From Hemiscyllium ocellatum (lineage: Eukaryota): 64,000 bases of DNA. Under the pieces are notes generated by a model. That model saw only the letters and a program-made list of their open reading frames with translations, ran no database searches and had not been told where the DNA came from. The stretch lies in NCBI RefSeq assembly GCF_020745735.1, contig NC_083411.1, positions 35,981,263-36,045,262 of the forward strand, written 5' to 3'. This document shows, piece after piece, positions 38,733 through 52,459 of the stretch. Each line of letters starts with the position of its first letter. Within the stretch, counting starts at the first letter, position 1. A program made the translations under genes and the position numbers.

Positions 38733-38946
38733 GAGAAAGTGAGGACAGCAGATACTGGAGATCAGAGTTGAGAGTGTGTTGCTGGGAAAGCACAGCAGGT
38801 CAGGCAGCATCTGAGGAGCAGGAGAATCGTTGTTTTGGGCATAACCTTTATCAGGAATGAGGATTGTGCCCCGTCCACCAGCCTCATTCCTGGTGAAGGG
38901 CCTACCCCCACAAACGTCAATTCTCTTGCTCCTTGCATGTTGCCTG
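38733..38946. mobile_element. Palindromic family A element with about 20-bp loop
   Basis: caggaatgagg...cctcattcctg. 11-bp TSD atcacatatta at 38722-38732 and 38947-38957. Both cores decayed. Confidence 0.88.
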
Positions 38947-39139
38947 ATCACATATTAAGGCAACATCACAGCCTTTCTTGTGCCATACTGGACAGTGACA
39001 AACTTCCATACAAGAGCTTTTTAGACAATGACAAATCAATCAGGCAGCCACTGGAAACAAAATTCCAATCCTGTTTCATAAATCAGTGCTTTTTCACTAT
39101 ATCTTCAGTTCATGCCGAGTTTAAAAATGTACACGTTTA

Positions 39140-39700
39140 TATATTGCTAATTCAGTTGGGATATAAATCCAAGGCTATTATGCTGAAGCTGCAAGTGTCC
39201 CAGCCAATATCTTCAACAATAATGTTCGTTATGATCACCAAGACACAAGGAAACTGCAAGTTCTGGAGGTGTGAAAGGAACTGTGACAGGCTGATCCCTA
39301 GTGTCAAAAGATTGTGTTAAATGCGAGGATTAAGAATCATTGCTTTTAGTCTTCAACAGACGTAACTGAAAGAGAGTCTTAAAGGGGTCTAGTAGTTATT
39401 CAGGATGTAAATTCAAAACAAAAGAAAGCTGTAAAAAGTTAAAAATGGGGCTGACAATTCTCTATTAGCCAGAATTACTTTTATTCCCCACTGAGTGCAA
39501 CGAACAAGAATAATCCAGAGCGTGGTTCTAATTTCAAATTCAATTGTAGGAATTGAAGTACAAACTGGAAAAAGGCATGTTTGGAATTAACATAATGGAA
39601 CATAGTGAGATTAGAGTGGTTTCCAGACTGGTTAACAGAGGCAAAAAAACAACTGGAACAATCCAGGAGGAATTGGATATGGTGGGCTAGGTTTTCACCT
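39140..39700 (+). mobile_element. Very old CR1 3' remnant
   Basis: GYKSKAIMLKL..RLIPSVKRLC resembles the CR1 ORF2 C-terminus. Confidence 0.45.
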
Positions 39701-42700
39701 TAGAACATTGTAGTGGGAGTTTAGAAATTTGTTGGCTTGGTGTGCCCACTTCTGGACAAAGTGCCTACAGTAAGATTTTTGTTTGAGGATGGCAGATGCT
39801 AACTGGAATTAGCCCAGTACCCTAATAAGCTGTTTGGAGGCAGCCACAGGTTTGCTGAGTGCTGACAGGCTGTTTAAAAGACTTGTCTCAGTGCTCAGGG
39901 ATTTCCTTCTTAGTGTAATTACAGAAGTTAGGTCATCCATGCCTCACCCCTCAAATTCCTTCACACACTCCACATGTCCTATTCATGGGAAACTATGACC
40001 TCTCCATGCCCTGATGTGGTCCTCCAACTTCTCCCCTAATTATGTCTACTTCATGAGAGCCCAGGAATCCATTAGTCTGTTGAAACTGCTGTACCCAAAG
40101 GAAGCCACTGCATGATTGAGAGCTTTTCCCTTTGAGTAATTGAGAAAATACATCAGTTTTTGTTTACATGAGATAAAGTGGCATAATATGATTGTAGTCT
40201 CTGCTATTAATAGTTTAAACATCTGGATTGTTGATATTTTCACAGGGTTGTAGTAAAGGAAATTTTCTTCAAAAGGAAAACATGAAGGCTTGTTTGTTTT
40301 CCTTTTCCACACATGCCATTGTTATTAATTGGCTCTGTACAGTGTGTATACTGAGAGAATAAAGACAGAAGTGTCATTGGTTGATATGAAAGGTATGAAA
40401 GGCCATTGGGAGTGAGCAAAGTGTATAGGTTGGCATGGAGGATACAAGGAGCAATTAGGGTGGGTGATAGCCACAGGTTGACATAGGGACATAGGAAGAC
40501 TTTTGAATTTGCCATTCATAAGGTCCCCTCTTCCATGATTCATGAAACCTCTATGTGGCTGTGAATCATGAGTTCTTGAAAAGCTGGCCTGATTCCTTAA
40601 AAGTTATGCTGAGCTAAGTCTATCCCCACAAATGAAGCAAGCCAGGAAGGAAATGCAGGGTGCAGACTTGCACCCTTATCTCATGCTGATGAAAATTGAG
40701 GGAATCAGGAATCCTGAAATCAGGTCCCACCTATCAGTTTTAAAGATTCACAGCCCCAAATCTGCAAAAGTCCAGCCCAATGACTGGGAGACCATAGGTT
40801 TCTACAGTATGATGAGCTAGGCAAGTTGAAAGCCTTTTCTCAATTACACTAAGCTTTCTGATCATCCACTTAAACGATTTGTTCCTTCAAAAATTGGACA
40901 AATCATTCCACATATGTCACAATATCAAGTTATCCCCATTCTTTGAGACTTGCTATTGTAATTAATAATTTTATATTTATTTTTCAATTGTGTGCTACAT
41001 AATTTAAAGTGCAATGTGTCAATTAAGACAATCTTTGAAACTGTGGATCATCTGACATTTTCTTTTGCCAGTTGTAAAGGCAGGCATCAAAATGTACAGG
41101 ACACGCCCAAATGGGAAAGCTCTTGAGCCGATCAAGCACCTATCTAGTCACCAGGTGGCCACTTCCTGGAACAGTAATGTCCTATTCTGCTTAAAGTTGC
41201 TGGCCAGTCAGAGTTTGGCAGACACTGTGAATCACAGTGCCACTTAGAGGCTGAGGGCTGTTCACAGCTCAGTAATGGCAAAGTCCAGGAATAATGCTCA
41301 CGATAGGTTACTTTTCAGGGATGTCACAGGGTAGAGGATTCTCTTGGATAGGAAGTCATAGTATTGTAGTTATGGGCAATTGGATTGGATTTTATTGGCT
41401 ACTTCTTGCTAACCATCACTGCCCCAATTACCCCCAGACTGGGATAGATTGAGACACACCACCATCACACAACCCAGCCGAGCCCAGCAGGCAGACTAGT
41501 TCACCAGTCAAGAAGACTTACCAGCATTTTCACCATGAAGAGGCCCTTAAATGACAGTTCATTGATCACTTATAAATCCCAATTGGCGGTGGGGTGAGAA
41601 AGTGAAGACTGGGCCCTTCTGCATAGAACCTAATTCCTGTGGTGTGCCAAGGCGGTAGGTATCTTCCTGATGCCAAACTGCCTGAATATCTTCCCTCCCA
41701 CCACCTGCCCTATCACTTCTCAGGAAGAACGTTCTGTCGTGTTTCTTTATGTAACCCTCAACATTACAGTTATGTGAAAATGCTGACTAAAAAACAACAA
41801 TTGCTTTTAAGCAAAGCTTTCACACCTTTTGGGAGATTTGTATGCTTGAATATTTTCTTTGGTTAAGTAATAAGTCACATAACTTGCAAAATGTAAATAA
41901 CAGTTTTGTTGTTACAACGGTTAATGTTAGCATACTTTAACAATTTAGACATAAAAACAGCCTGAGATTTTGACTCCATGTAATTTCAAACCCTGTTATT
42001 AGTACTAATTTTTGATTTTGTATAGAGTGCAATATTATTTGAGCTTTTAACAGGAATGAAAATTCCCAAATACGGCCATTAATAAATGCCTAAAATGAGA
42101 AAAATAGAAACCAAAAAAGCTAATTATGGGATTATTTCCAGACAACTTGTTAGAAGGTTTTGGCATAAAGTTATTTTCTCATCAAAATATAGGAAAGCCT
42201 CCCATGAGATAGTGTGGATAGTGTCATGCTTGCACAGTTAGAAATTTTATTGTTTGTTTCTGAGTACAAAGTCTGTTTTAACATACCACTGTTATTTCAA
42301 GGTAATTTGTTATTTCAAAAGAAATAATTGAAGCCAAATAATTGAAACTATCATATCTTTAAATATTCAATTAAAGTTTAAATAATGCAGCATAGGATGT
42401 ATGTTAAATAATTTGAATGTAAATTTATAGGTAAGATATGCAGCTTTGAAAAGATGGCTACACTGTTTGTATGGTGACATAGTTGATACATCTAGAATTA
42501 AAGTGATGGAGTATAAGATGTATGCTCCAAGTTCTTTGGGTTTATTTGGGAAAAGTGTAATATATTTGATGTACTACTTAACATGTTTAGATTAGGGCAG
42601 TTTACAAAGGAACATAGGACAGATTTCACAATATCTTGGCATTATATTTACCATCAAACGTTTTGCCAAATACTAACTAAATTACTGCTTGCATACGCTC

Positions 42701-43343
42701 ATAAAATTAAAGCCTATTTGCATGCTTACCTGGGCCCATACTCCTGCAATCAAATCTAAACTGCCTTTCCATTACCTTTCTTCGAAGTTGGAAATATTAA
42801 ACATATTGACATTTAGCTTACCCATATTTCAAATTTTAAGCACTTTAATAATACATTCAGGTTATTCATGGTATTTTTCTGTTCTAATCCCTCAGCCTTG
42901 GAAGTTATAGAAATACTCTTTATGTTTATGCCAGTTGGGAGTAAGTGTATACACTGTAGGTATCAGTATAAATGTTTCCTTACATATCTGAAAGGAATGA
43001 ATGCTTTAAAAAGTCACAAAGATGTTGTTTTCTTTGAAAAGAAGGTAAAGTTACGCCATTCCCAAAGGACCATCTCACTGCTGCTCTCTCATCTGACAGT
43101 CATTGTCCACCAGATGAGAGGAGAGGGTGAGGAGGAGAGCCCTTTCTAGTAACCTCACTGGTGTGGTAATTGAATCCATTCTGTTGGCATTACCCTGTTA
43201 TGCAAACCAGCCGTCCACCAAACTGAGCTAATGGAATTCCCATTTTCTTGATAAATTGGCTGATTATACTTTCTCAGCAGTGCATAAGATTCACACCAGC
43301 CTTATCTGTCATTTACCAACTATCAATACTGATTATCAAACCA

Positions 43344-43432
43344 GTTAAAAATCACACAACACCAGGTTATAGTCCAACAGGTTTAATTGGAAGCACACTG
43401 GCTTTCGGAGCGACGCTCCTTCATCAGGTGAT
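43344..43432 (-). mobile_element. Solo family D arm with hammerhead motif
   Basis: Flanked by ttatcaaa(c/t)ca at 43333-43343 and 43433-43443. Ends 5 nt upstream of the CTGATGA core. Confidence 0.85.
43396..43430 (-). ncRNA. Minimal hammerhead motif (family D)
   Basis: Minus strand: CAC-CTGATGA-a-GGAGC-gtc-GCTCC-GAAA-gcca-GTG. The copy at 61908-61920 has GAAA-gcta-GTG, so this copy has U16.1 changed to C. Confidence 0.78.
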
Positions 43433-45804
43433 TTATCAAATCAAACCTTCTAACATCACTACGCACATACTTACACCACATAGACATTAGTAGTTCAAGC
43501 AAATGAGTCACAGCCACTTTCTCAAAGGGAAATAGGTACGGGCAACAAGTACCTGCTGAGAGACCCACATCCCTTAAAAGAATTTTTTTAAGAAAGTACA
43601 AGTCCACTAAATGTTATATCAGACAATGATATGAAAATTGGAGGGTTAGGTGTGTTTGAAATTCTTAGCTCTGGACATTAAAGTTACCAAAAGAATTGGT
43701 CTCCAAATGAAAACCTGGGGTCTTGAAAGAAACTTGTAAGAATGTTTTGAGGAAGCAGCCACATGCCCTAAACCATGCAAGAACAGCAGGAATGAGAGAC
43801 TGACATCCTATATCTCAGTAAGCACAAAACTTAAATCAAGAAAAAAAGCAGTGCAATTGTAATGTTCTATAAGTACACAATAAGCTTGAAATTGGGGATG
43901 TTTTGCAAGCTTCAACAATAAACTGTGGGTACACCTTGTGGTATAATTACTTTACTGCACTATTTTTAGTGCTTTAAGGTGTTTGTGTTATCGTTGTCTG
44001 CACAGTTGTTAATGTGTTTATTTTTAACAGATAATGACTGGTAAAATAAAACAGGAATTAAAGTGAATATGTGAACCAAAGTGCACCAATGGTACTTGGG
44101 GAAAAAAAATGAAGCCACTTGGTGTAAGATATGAAGGATTTCTATTTATCAGGAGACTGCAGCATTTAAATCATAAAGGTCATCTGCTTTCCCCCAGGAA
44201 GGCTGTAAAAACAATGTGATCACAGTAACAGTTTTAACTGTTCCCATGGCAATCACTGTCAGTTCTGCAAGATCCAAAGCCACAGAGGTAGGACCATCTT
44301 TTAATCCCTGTTGTATAAATCATCTAAAGGCTGCTTGTGAAGCTGTAAAAAAAACAAACATCCAAACTAAAAAGATTGCTGTTGCCCTAAATTCATGTCA
44401 AAGTACCAAAATGCTCTGAGTGTGAACATTGTAATGATACCTGCACATTCTTCAAATAATTTGCAATTCAGTGTTCAGTTTTCCTGATGCCATACAGACA
44501 ACATAAGCTGAAACATCAGCCACAAGCTGAAAAAGACAAAATTCTAAAACTAATTTCAAATCGCTTCTTTGCATTAATATACATTTCTCCACAGCTTCAT
44601 CCTTCCTGTGCAACCTCCTGCAGCTCCAATTCAAATTCTCAATGCACCTCACCCAGCCCTAATTAAATACTGTATTCGGCTCTCAACTCCACTTCCAAAG
44701 GCAGAGTTATCTTGATGTCAAACTTTAGGATGCAGTCTCCAGTTCAACCCCGAAGAAAAATCTGTGAGAGGAATTTCATGGTTTCATCACCCTCTCATTG
44801 AGAGTGAACTGGTGGGTGGGTGCATAAAATCAGAATGGCATAGTAGTGGTATCATACTCATCACTTATACACCTCTGCCTGGGATTTTGCAAGTTAATAC
44901 CTACTGAAGAGCCTCTGCAGCCTGCTGGTTGATAATTCACCAGTGATAGGAATGCCCAAGTAACATTGCAACACTCCAGTTGAACCCTACTAAGATGTTA
45001 ATTGAGATGTGTCTCGTTTGGGAATTACTCCCAACCCACATCTGTGTGGTTGGCTCCATCATCCTCATGAATCTGCCAGAGAGGAGCCTGCCAGACTGAC
45101 CCAGCAAAAATCTTCTTGTCTTCAGTCGTTTCTACAGCTTCTCTGGGTGATGGGCTACATGTAGTCCCAGTACTGACCATCATTCCCAGTGGCGTTCATG
45201 GGATAAGAGGGCTGCTGGCCATCTTATTTTCTCACAGCTCTCTGAGGAGGAATAAAGATAAGTCTAGGTCTCACACTGAGCCACTGAATAGCCTGGTGAC
45301 CATAAAATCAACACGGGATTAAGGGTTACCAGGTCAGTTATATATGGTTTTTTTTTGGTTAGAAATGCTTTGGGTAGGTTTACCGCCACCAACCTTTCTC
45401 AATGGTACTCGATTAGTCTAAGTTATTGACACCAACTGGGAAAAGCTGGCCACAAAATTCTTCCAGCAAAATGAAGACTCAGTCTTCATAAACATAATAG
45501 ATTTATTATATAGATGGGAGAACTAGTGTCATCACATCTGATTTTTATGACAGCCCTTTACAAGACCTCAGGTTACACATAAAAGTAAGTATACATTACT
45601 GTGTACCTATGGAGGCTTTGTAGTAATGTGGAGTTGAACTAGAAAACAACTGGTTAGCTCCTTTCAGGAACAGTACATTATACCCTGATGGGTAGAGCTT
45701 ATCCCATGATGTCAGCCAATCACTGTCAGGTACTAAGTCCCTTATAGAACCAGCCAAGCTTATCCCCATTTTTGACTTGAGGAAGGGGCTCCACTGCCTC
45801 CATA

Positions 45805-47550
45805 CTGCACAGAAGAGGCCCTTTGATCCATCAAATCTGCATCGACATATCTACACTCATCCCATTTTCCAGCACTTGGCCCATAGCCTTGACTGTTATG
45901 ACATTTCAAGTGTTATCCACATACTTTAAACTTCACTGTAGGGATTCTAAACTTCAAAGTTTTTAAAGTTGTGAGGTTTCCCTCTTTTACTACGATCTTG
46001 GTCAGTGCATTCCAGGTTCCCCCCACCCTCAGAGTGAAAAGATTTTTCCTCAAACTAAGGAGAACTGCTGCTACTTAGCCACTTTGTCCATGCCTTCATA
46101 AACTTACACACTTCAATCAGATCCCCTCTCAGTCTTCTCTACTCCAAAGAAAACAAACCGAGCTTATCTATGCTCTCTTTATAGCTAATATGCTCCAATC
46201 CAGGCAACATCCTGCTAAATCTCTTCTGCACCCCTTCCACTGCAATCCCATCTTTCTTATAGTAAGATGAGCCAAGCTGCACATAGTACTCCAGATATGG
46301 CGGCATGGTGGCACAGTGGTTAGCACTGCTGCCTCACAGCGCCAGAGCCCGGGTTCAATTCCCGACTCAGGCGACTGACTGTGTGGAGTTTGCACATTCT
46401 CCCCGTGTCTGCGTGGGTTTCCTCCGGGTGCTCCGGTTTCCTCCCACAGTCCAAAGATGTGCAGGTCAGGTGAATTGGCCATGATAAATTGCCCGTAGTG
46501 TTAGGTGAAGGGGTAAATGTAGGGGTATGGGTGGGTTACGCTTCGGCGGGTCGGTGTGGACTTGTTGGGCCGAAGGGCCTGTTTCCACACTGTAAGTAAT
46601 CTAATCTAATATGGCCTATCAAAATTTTGTACAGTGCCAACATAACCTCCCTGCTTTTTTAATCTATTCCTTGACTGATTAAGGCAAGTATCTTACATAC
46701 CATCTCAATTATGCTCTGAACCTGCCCTGCCGCCTTCAGGGATCTGTGGACAAGCACCCCAAGATCCCACTGTTCCTCTGAACTTCCTAGTGCCCTACCA
46801 TTCATTGAGTACTCCATTGTCTTGTTACCTCTTCCGAAGTGGATCACCTAATAATTTCTATCTCCTCATCGAACTAACCTGTCAATATCTTCCTGTAACC
46901 TGACATCTTGTTCCTCTCAATTAACTACCAATCAATCTTTGTGTCATGTGCAAACTTACTTACATCCCCCCACGTTCTTACCTATAACATTTATATATAT
47001 CACAAACAATAAGAAACCCAGCACCAATCTCTGTGATATGCCACTGGGCTTGTGCCTGGACAGAAATAGCCTTCTACCACCAACCCCTGTTTTCTATCAG
47101 TCAGCCAATTTTGGACTCATCTTACCAAGTTAACCTGGATCCCATGTTTCTAGCTTTAACTAAGAGTGTCCTCTGTGCTGTTTGTCTCTATATGGAGGCA
47201 GTGGACCCCTGTCCCACATAAAATGTTGGGATAAGCCTGCCTCCACGTTGGCTGTGGTCTGTAAGGGAGTTAGTACCTGAACGGGTTAGCTGACATCATT
47301 AGCTTTTACCCTCTTGATCTGTCTCCATATGTGACCTTGTCAAAGGCTTTACTGAAATCCATGCAAACTACATCAACTACACACCTGGTCACGTCCTCAA
47401 AACATTGACCTAAGTTTGTTATGCATGACATCACCTTGATTAAGCCATGCTGACTATCCCTGATCAAACTTTGCCTCTTAAGTGGAGATTAATCCTCTCC
47501 TTCAGAATTTTCTGCAATAGATTCCTCACCACTGATATGTGCCTCATGCT
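45805..47550 (-). mobile_element. Old CR1 LINE interrupted by HE1 and a 140-bp insertion
   Basis: IHFGRGNKTMEYSMNGRALGSSEEQWDLGVLVHRSLK, and CR1 3' UTR at about 45805-45950. Confidence 0.9.
46299..46608 (+). mobile_element. HE1 SINE, young, nested in CR1
   Basis: Full length, CpG-rich. Short TSD atatggc at 46295-46301 and 46609-46615. Confidence 0.96.
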
Positions 47551-48173
47551 CTGTAAAATCCAGCTCTGCCTAATCACAAAATCTGTTTCCTACGCTCGAG
47601 ATTTTTGTCACTATTAATGGTCTGGATAGTCAAATTTAGATGCTAATCACTAGTTGTGCGAGGAATTGCCTGCCATCAGTTTTTCACCAGTTAAATCATC
47701 ATGTAATGCTATATTTAATGAACACGTTAAATTTAGACGTTGTATTTAGCTCTTATATCCAATTTACCCTTTCACATACTCCTTTTCATTAGTCCATTTC
47801 AAGTGAATAAACAAATTTTTCATACTCATAGTTTCATTCTCACCCTCATCACAAACTAGCATTGTCTCCAGGTCCTGCAGAAGTGATTTGAAGCTTTGTT
47901 CAACGAAAGTGGATAGGTGTTTAGAAACATCATCTGAGTAAACCAGAACATCAGAGACTAGATCACTGTATGGTTTCACTCTAACAACTTAAATTTATAC
48001 TGTACTGACTGATGATATAATGCAGCATTCTATTTGCTTTGATGATTTGTTTGTTTTGCTATTCTATGGTGCGAAGTGATGTAACTTGAGAAGAAACAGC
48101 ATTAATTTAATGATTCTCACCATTCGAATGAAAATTCTGATTAATATTTTGTTTTAATAGACTGAAATGTGTT

Positions 48174-48310
48174 TAAAAACTGGAAGAATGGCTGATACTG
48201 CAAATCAGAGACAGAAATAGAAATTGCTGGAAAAGCTCAGCAGGCTTGGCAGCATCTGTGGTGAGAAATCAGAGTTAATGTTTCCAGCTGAGTGACCCTT
48301 CTCTCAGAAT
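48174..48310 (-). mobile_element. Solo family B arm, decayed hammerhead
   Basis: Minus strand: att-CTGAGAGA-agggtcactcagctg-GAAA-catt-aact. Arm is homologous to 15460-15580 and 28337-28435. Confidence 0.78.
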
Positions 48311-48339
48311 TCGGACAGTTTTGACTCTGACAATGTGTT

Positions 48340-49625
48340 TGTTATGTTTGGCAGTACAGGCTTGTATTGTGTGATTATGTAAATAATGCTGATAAAAGTG
48401 TGTAAAGATTGGCTCCAATTCTATCCTTTAGCAACTGGTTTCTGAAGACTAACTGCAGCAGTGATACAATTGGCACATTCTTTGCCCCTGGGGTTATGGG
48501 CCTGCAACATTGTTATAAAGTGTTGGTTTACCAACTCTCTGGGGAGCTTTTCAGGCTGATGTCAAGACATCCGGTTCCTGGCATGTTCAGAGTGGCAATA
48601 TGACAAGCGATGCATGCTTTGTGCTATTTTATTAAATGAAAAGGCCCAGCCATCTTGGTCATCAGGACATTTGTCGGCTTGTGGACATTGCAAAAGGAGA
48701 CAGCATGAGACTAGGACTAGTGCAAGAAAGAGATCACAGATACTCAGACAGCAATAAAAGGTAAGTTGCATGATAAGTTTGGGAATTAGGTGTCTGGCAG
48801 AGGGAAGAGAGGCTGTATCCCAATAGCAGGCACCAGACTGTTCAGGCCAGTAATGTCCTGGGAGACAATGTGTACAGCCAAGAGCTGGGATTAGGGCTTT
48901 GGAAAAGTGCAGGGAGACATCAAGAGAGGTGGACCTTGAAAAAAGTCCTGGGAAGCATTGATAATTTAGTGCAGCCAAGAGTTGGGCAGAATGAAGCCCA
49001 CAAATAGTGCTTGCCATATAGTTGATAAATATTGGAGTTGGAAAATCATAGGGGCAGTGCCACTTGAGTGAAAGTAGGTGTCTGCGAAACAGCTGGAATT
49101 GTGCCAATTTGTAGGTGCTGGAGTAGAAACTCAGCAATCCAGTGGAATGCCATCCCAGAAAAAGAGATTCGGTTATTAAGATGTGAGCAATCATTGAGGC
49201 AATCATGGTGGAATTTTTGAGGGAATTTGAAAGCCAGATTTCACAAACCAAGAGTTTGATCCCTTGTAAGGGAGAAACAATTTTAATGAGAGTTAGTGAC
49301 AAACAGTATCAGTAATCTGAGGGGTCTCTGAAAAATCTGTGATCCATCTTGACTGTACTTGCTCATTCATGTGTCCTGAAGAAAGTTGGTGTTACTCATT
49401 TTGCTGTCATGTTAATTCTGGTTGTTAAGTATAAATTGCGAAGTACATTATTTTGCAATTCTAACTTTGCATCGTTTTGTTTGTTTAAACCTTGGAATTT
49501 TTTTGTGGCTTTAATCTCTTCCTCAGTACACTGGATGTCACGCTTGGGCTACTTTAAACAACAACGTTACTGATCCCCAGTCAGATTGTAACATAAATTT
49601 GGTAGTTCTGTTAGAGATCATAACA
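48340..49625 (+). mobile_element. Possible solo LTR / non-autonomous LTR element
   Basis: Termini tgttatg...cataaca. Internal tgtaaca (49587-49593) is followed by a decayed TGG PBS-like tract. No TSD found. Confidence 0.35.
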
Positions 49626-51926
49626 ACATGAGAACACTAAGTGAAGACAGTTGGAATACTCTAATCTATGGTCAAAGAGCTTTTCAAGTCTCGTGGTTCA
49701 TATTTAAATGCAAAGGGGACTAGAAGATAATCATCACCTTTGAAATTGTCCTCCAGTTACTAGTTAACATCTTTGGAAGGGGAGCAGAAATAATTGATGA
49801 GAAACATATCTTGCCAATAATGAGCCTGGATGAGCCAATCTCTACAATTCTGCACATCAAAGATGCAATTCCTATGAATGATGTGCTTATTAAAAGCTGA
49901 TTTACATTTTTAAATATTATTTTCTTAATAGCAGCAAATTTTCCACCAAACGGAATTGCAAAATTGGTACAGAAGACTGTTCAAATATGCTTAAGAATAT
50001 CTGAGTCTCTGGTATTAGATATTTTTGCTTTCTACTTGGTGGAAAATAACTTGTTTAAATTTTATGGTGAACAAGCTAGAAACTTTATGTCAGTGACACT
50101 TAGATTATCAGTGTCATGCCATTCATAAATATGGAATCATTTTTTTCTTGTGTATATAAAGGCTTGCAATGAGGGAACTAGCAGCAACAGCAGAAAAAGT
50201 ATTTATTGCATTGATGTCTGATTAAAACTGATTTGCCTTGCAATTTATACCACAATACCAGCTCTGTCCATTGACTTACTGACTCGATTATGATGTTGAT
50301 ATATATTAATAATTGGAACGTTTCTCTTAGTAATTAATGGTGCCATTAACTTACTTAGTTTCCCAAAAAGGGGAGAAAATGGTTTGACACCAAGAATGAA
50401 CATCAACAATAAACCAGCAAGGCAGCCATTTTATTCAAATGACTCTTCTTCATTTTCTCCAAAGCAAATGACCATCGAAAAATTTAAATTTTTGAACCAG
50501 TCTTTATAGTTTTTATTTTGGCTTGACTGCTTGGTAAATTTCCTGTTTCATCCATTATCAATTTTAGAAGTTCTTATTGATTTGATATTAGAAATGTTGG
50601 TGATATTTAGAGAGAATTTGGACAAAAAGAAGATTCTTCTTTAATTCTATAAACTTTTGTGAAATTGTGAGTACTGTATGTATATAATTTTACTGTTAGT
50701 ACAGGCTGTCTCCAAGGCAAGGAAAAGTAAAAAAAAAAGACACAGAAAAGCACGGATTGGTAGCTGAAGTCTTTAAAAATGGAAAAGTCCAGAATTATTT
50801 GTAACTATTGATAACAATTTTGAGTTAACTTGGCATTTTTGATATATTTGCTGAATTGCAAGAATATAAATTATGTTAGGCTCACATAACTTATTTCAAT
50901 ATCTTGGGAGAAACACAGCTTACTTACTTGTGAGAACAGCAGAAATGTGGAGCAAGATATAACCTACAAGCTTTGGAATCCTGTCAGTACGGCCAAGGAT
51001 TGGCAAAAGCTCACTCTGTGCGCAAATTTTCTCAAACTGGCAAATGAATAAAGAGGAGCAAGCTTGAAATTCAATTAAGGATGAGGGATGGGCTCTTGAA
51101 GCTAAAGGGTTATTATGAGGATCACCTGCTCAGCAGAGGCAGCAGGTTGCCTTTGCAGGTAAGTAGATGGAGGCACCTTCTCTCCAGTTTATTTTTAACT
51201 TTAAATTAAACAATGAAGGGTACAGTTGTGGCCTACAGCTATAGCTGAAACCAGGCAGACGGGAAGACTTCTAAGAGTACCTGGATGGCTGATCACCTAA
51301 TCTATCATCTGAAGTGAAGACCACACCCAGACAGTCATGTTCACTAATGCATCTGAGAGCCTGAACTTTAAAGGTATAAATCTTGATAGACCTTTAGCTA
51401 TTTTAAATTGGCTATCACTGTTTATGGGGCAAGTGTCTCCACTGACACTCCCATTTCACATTTTGGGAAAATAGCCCAGGTGCAGGTGGAACCAAGGAAA
51501 TGGAAACTGATTGACATGTCAAACTCTGCCTGCACTTGCATCAACCAATACCAAAATATTCACCCAATGATCAATGTCAGTGAAAGATAAAAGTAAACCG
51601 AAGGATAGAGATCAGGAATAATTTAAACCATAAGCATATTCTATGACTCAAAAAGGAGATTAAAACTAACATTGACTGGAGTTTTTACTCATTGATTGAT
51701 TGAGAAGATTAGCCATGATTATGGAAAGAAGAAAGAAGATTTTAAAAAGTAAAAACAGATGCTTTAAAAAAATTACAGTAATATTACAACTATGTATTTT
51801 TTTCCCAGATTGGTTCCACAAAAGTATTTTCAGATAAAAGATCATTTAAAACACTATCAATCATGCCGAGTGTCTAGAATCATTTAAATTGAACTTTTTA
51901 ACATGTGTACAACAAAATACTTTTCA

Positions 51927-52133
<207 letters not shown>

Positions 52134-52459
52134 TTAAAAAAGTTTTGATATCACTTTCTAAAGTTATTTACCAAAACAATCAATGAGAACTTCAGCAGAA
52201 GTTTTCTATGGAACAAGGTGTGGTCTGGATTTCATGATTTGAAAGAATGATGGAAGAAGATTGAAGATAACGTTTCCAACGACAACTGGAGAAATACTTG
52301 AAAAGGGAAAAAATTGTACAGCTATCGCAAAATAGAGCAGTGGGGTTAGACGGAATGGAGAGCTCTTTTAAAGGTCTAGGACCAGTACATTGTGCAGCAG
52401 AACATCTGATATATTGTTACAGCTACATGTAACTCAGCAGGAACTTCCAGGAAGGCAGG

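Noticed and set aside
47161-47300. Retrocopied H/ACA snoRNA (two hairpins, ACA near the end)
   Set aside because: No H box between the hairpins, and the sequence matches 45706-45818 in reverse.
48562-49302. 246-aa minus-strand ORF
   Set aside because: No recognisable domain, non-ATG start, and it lies in LTR-like repeat sequence.
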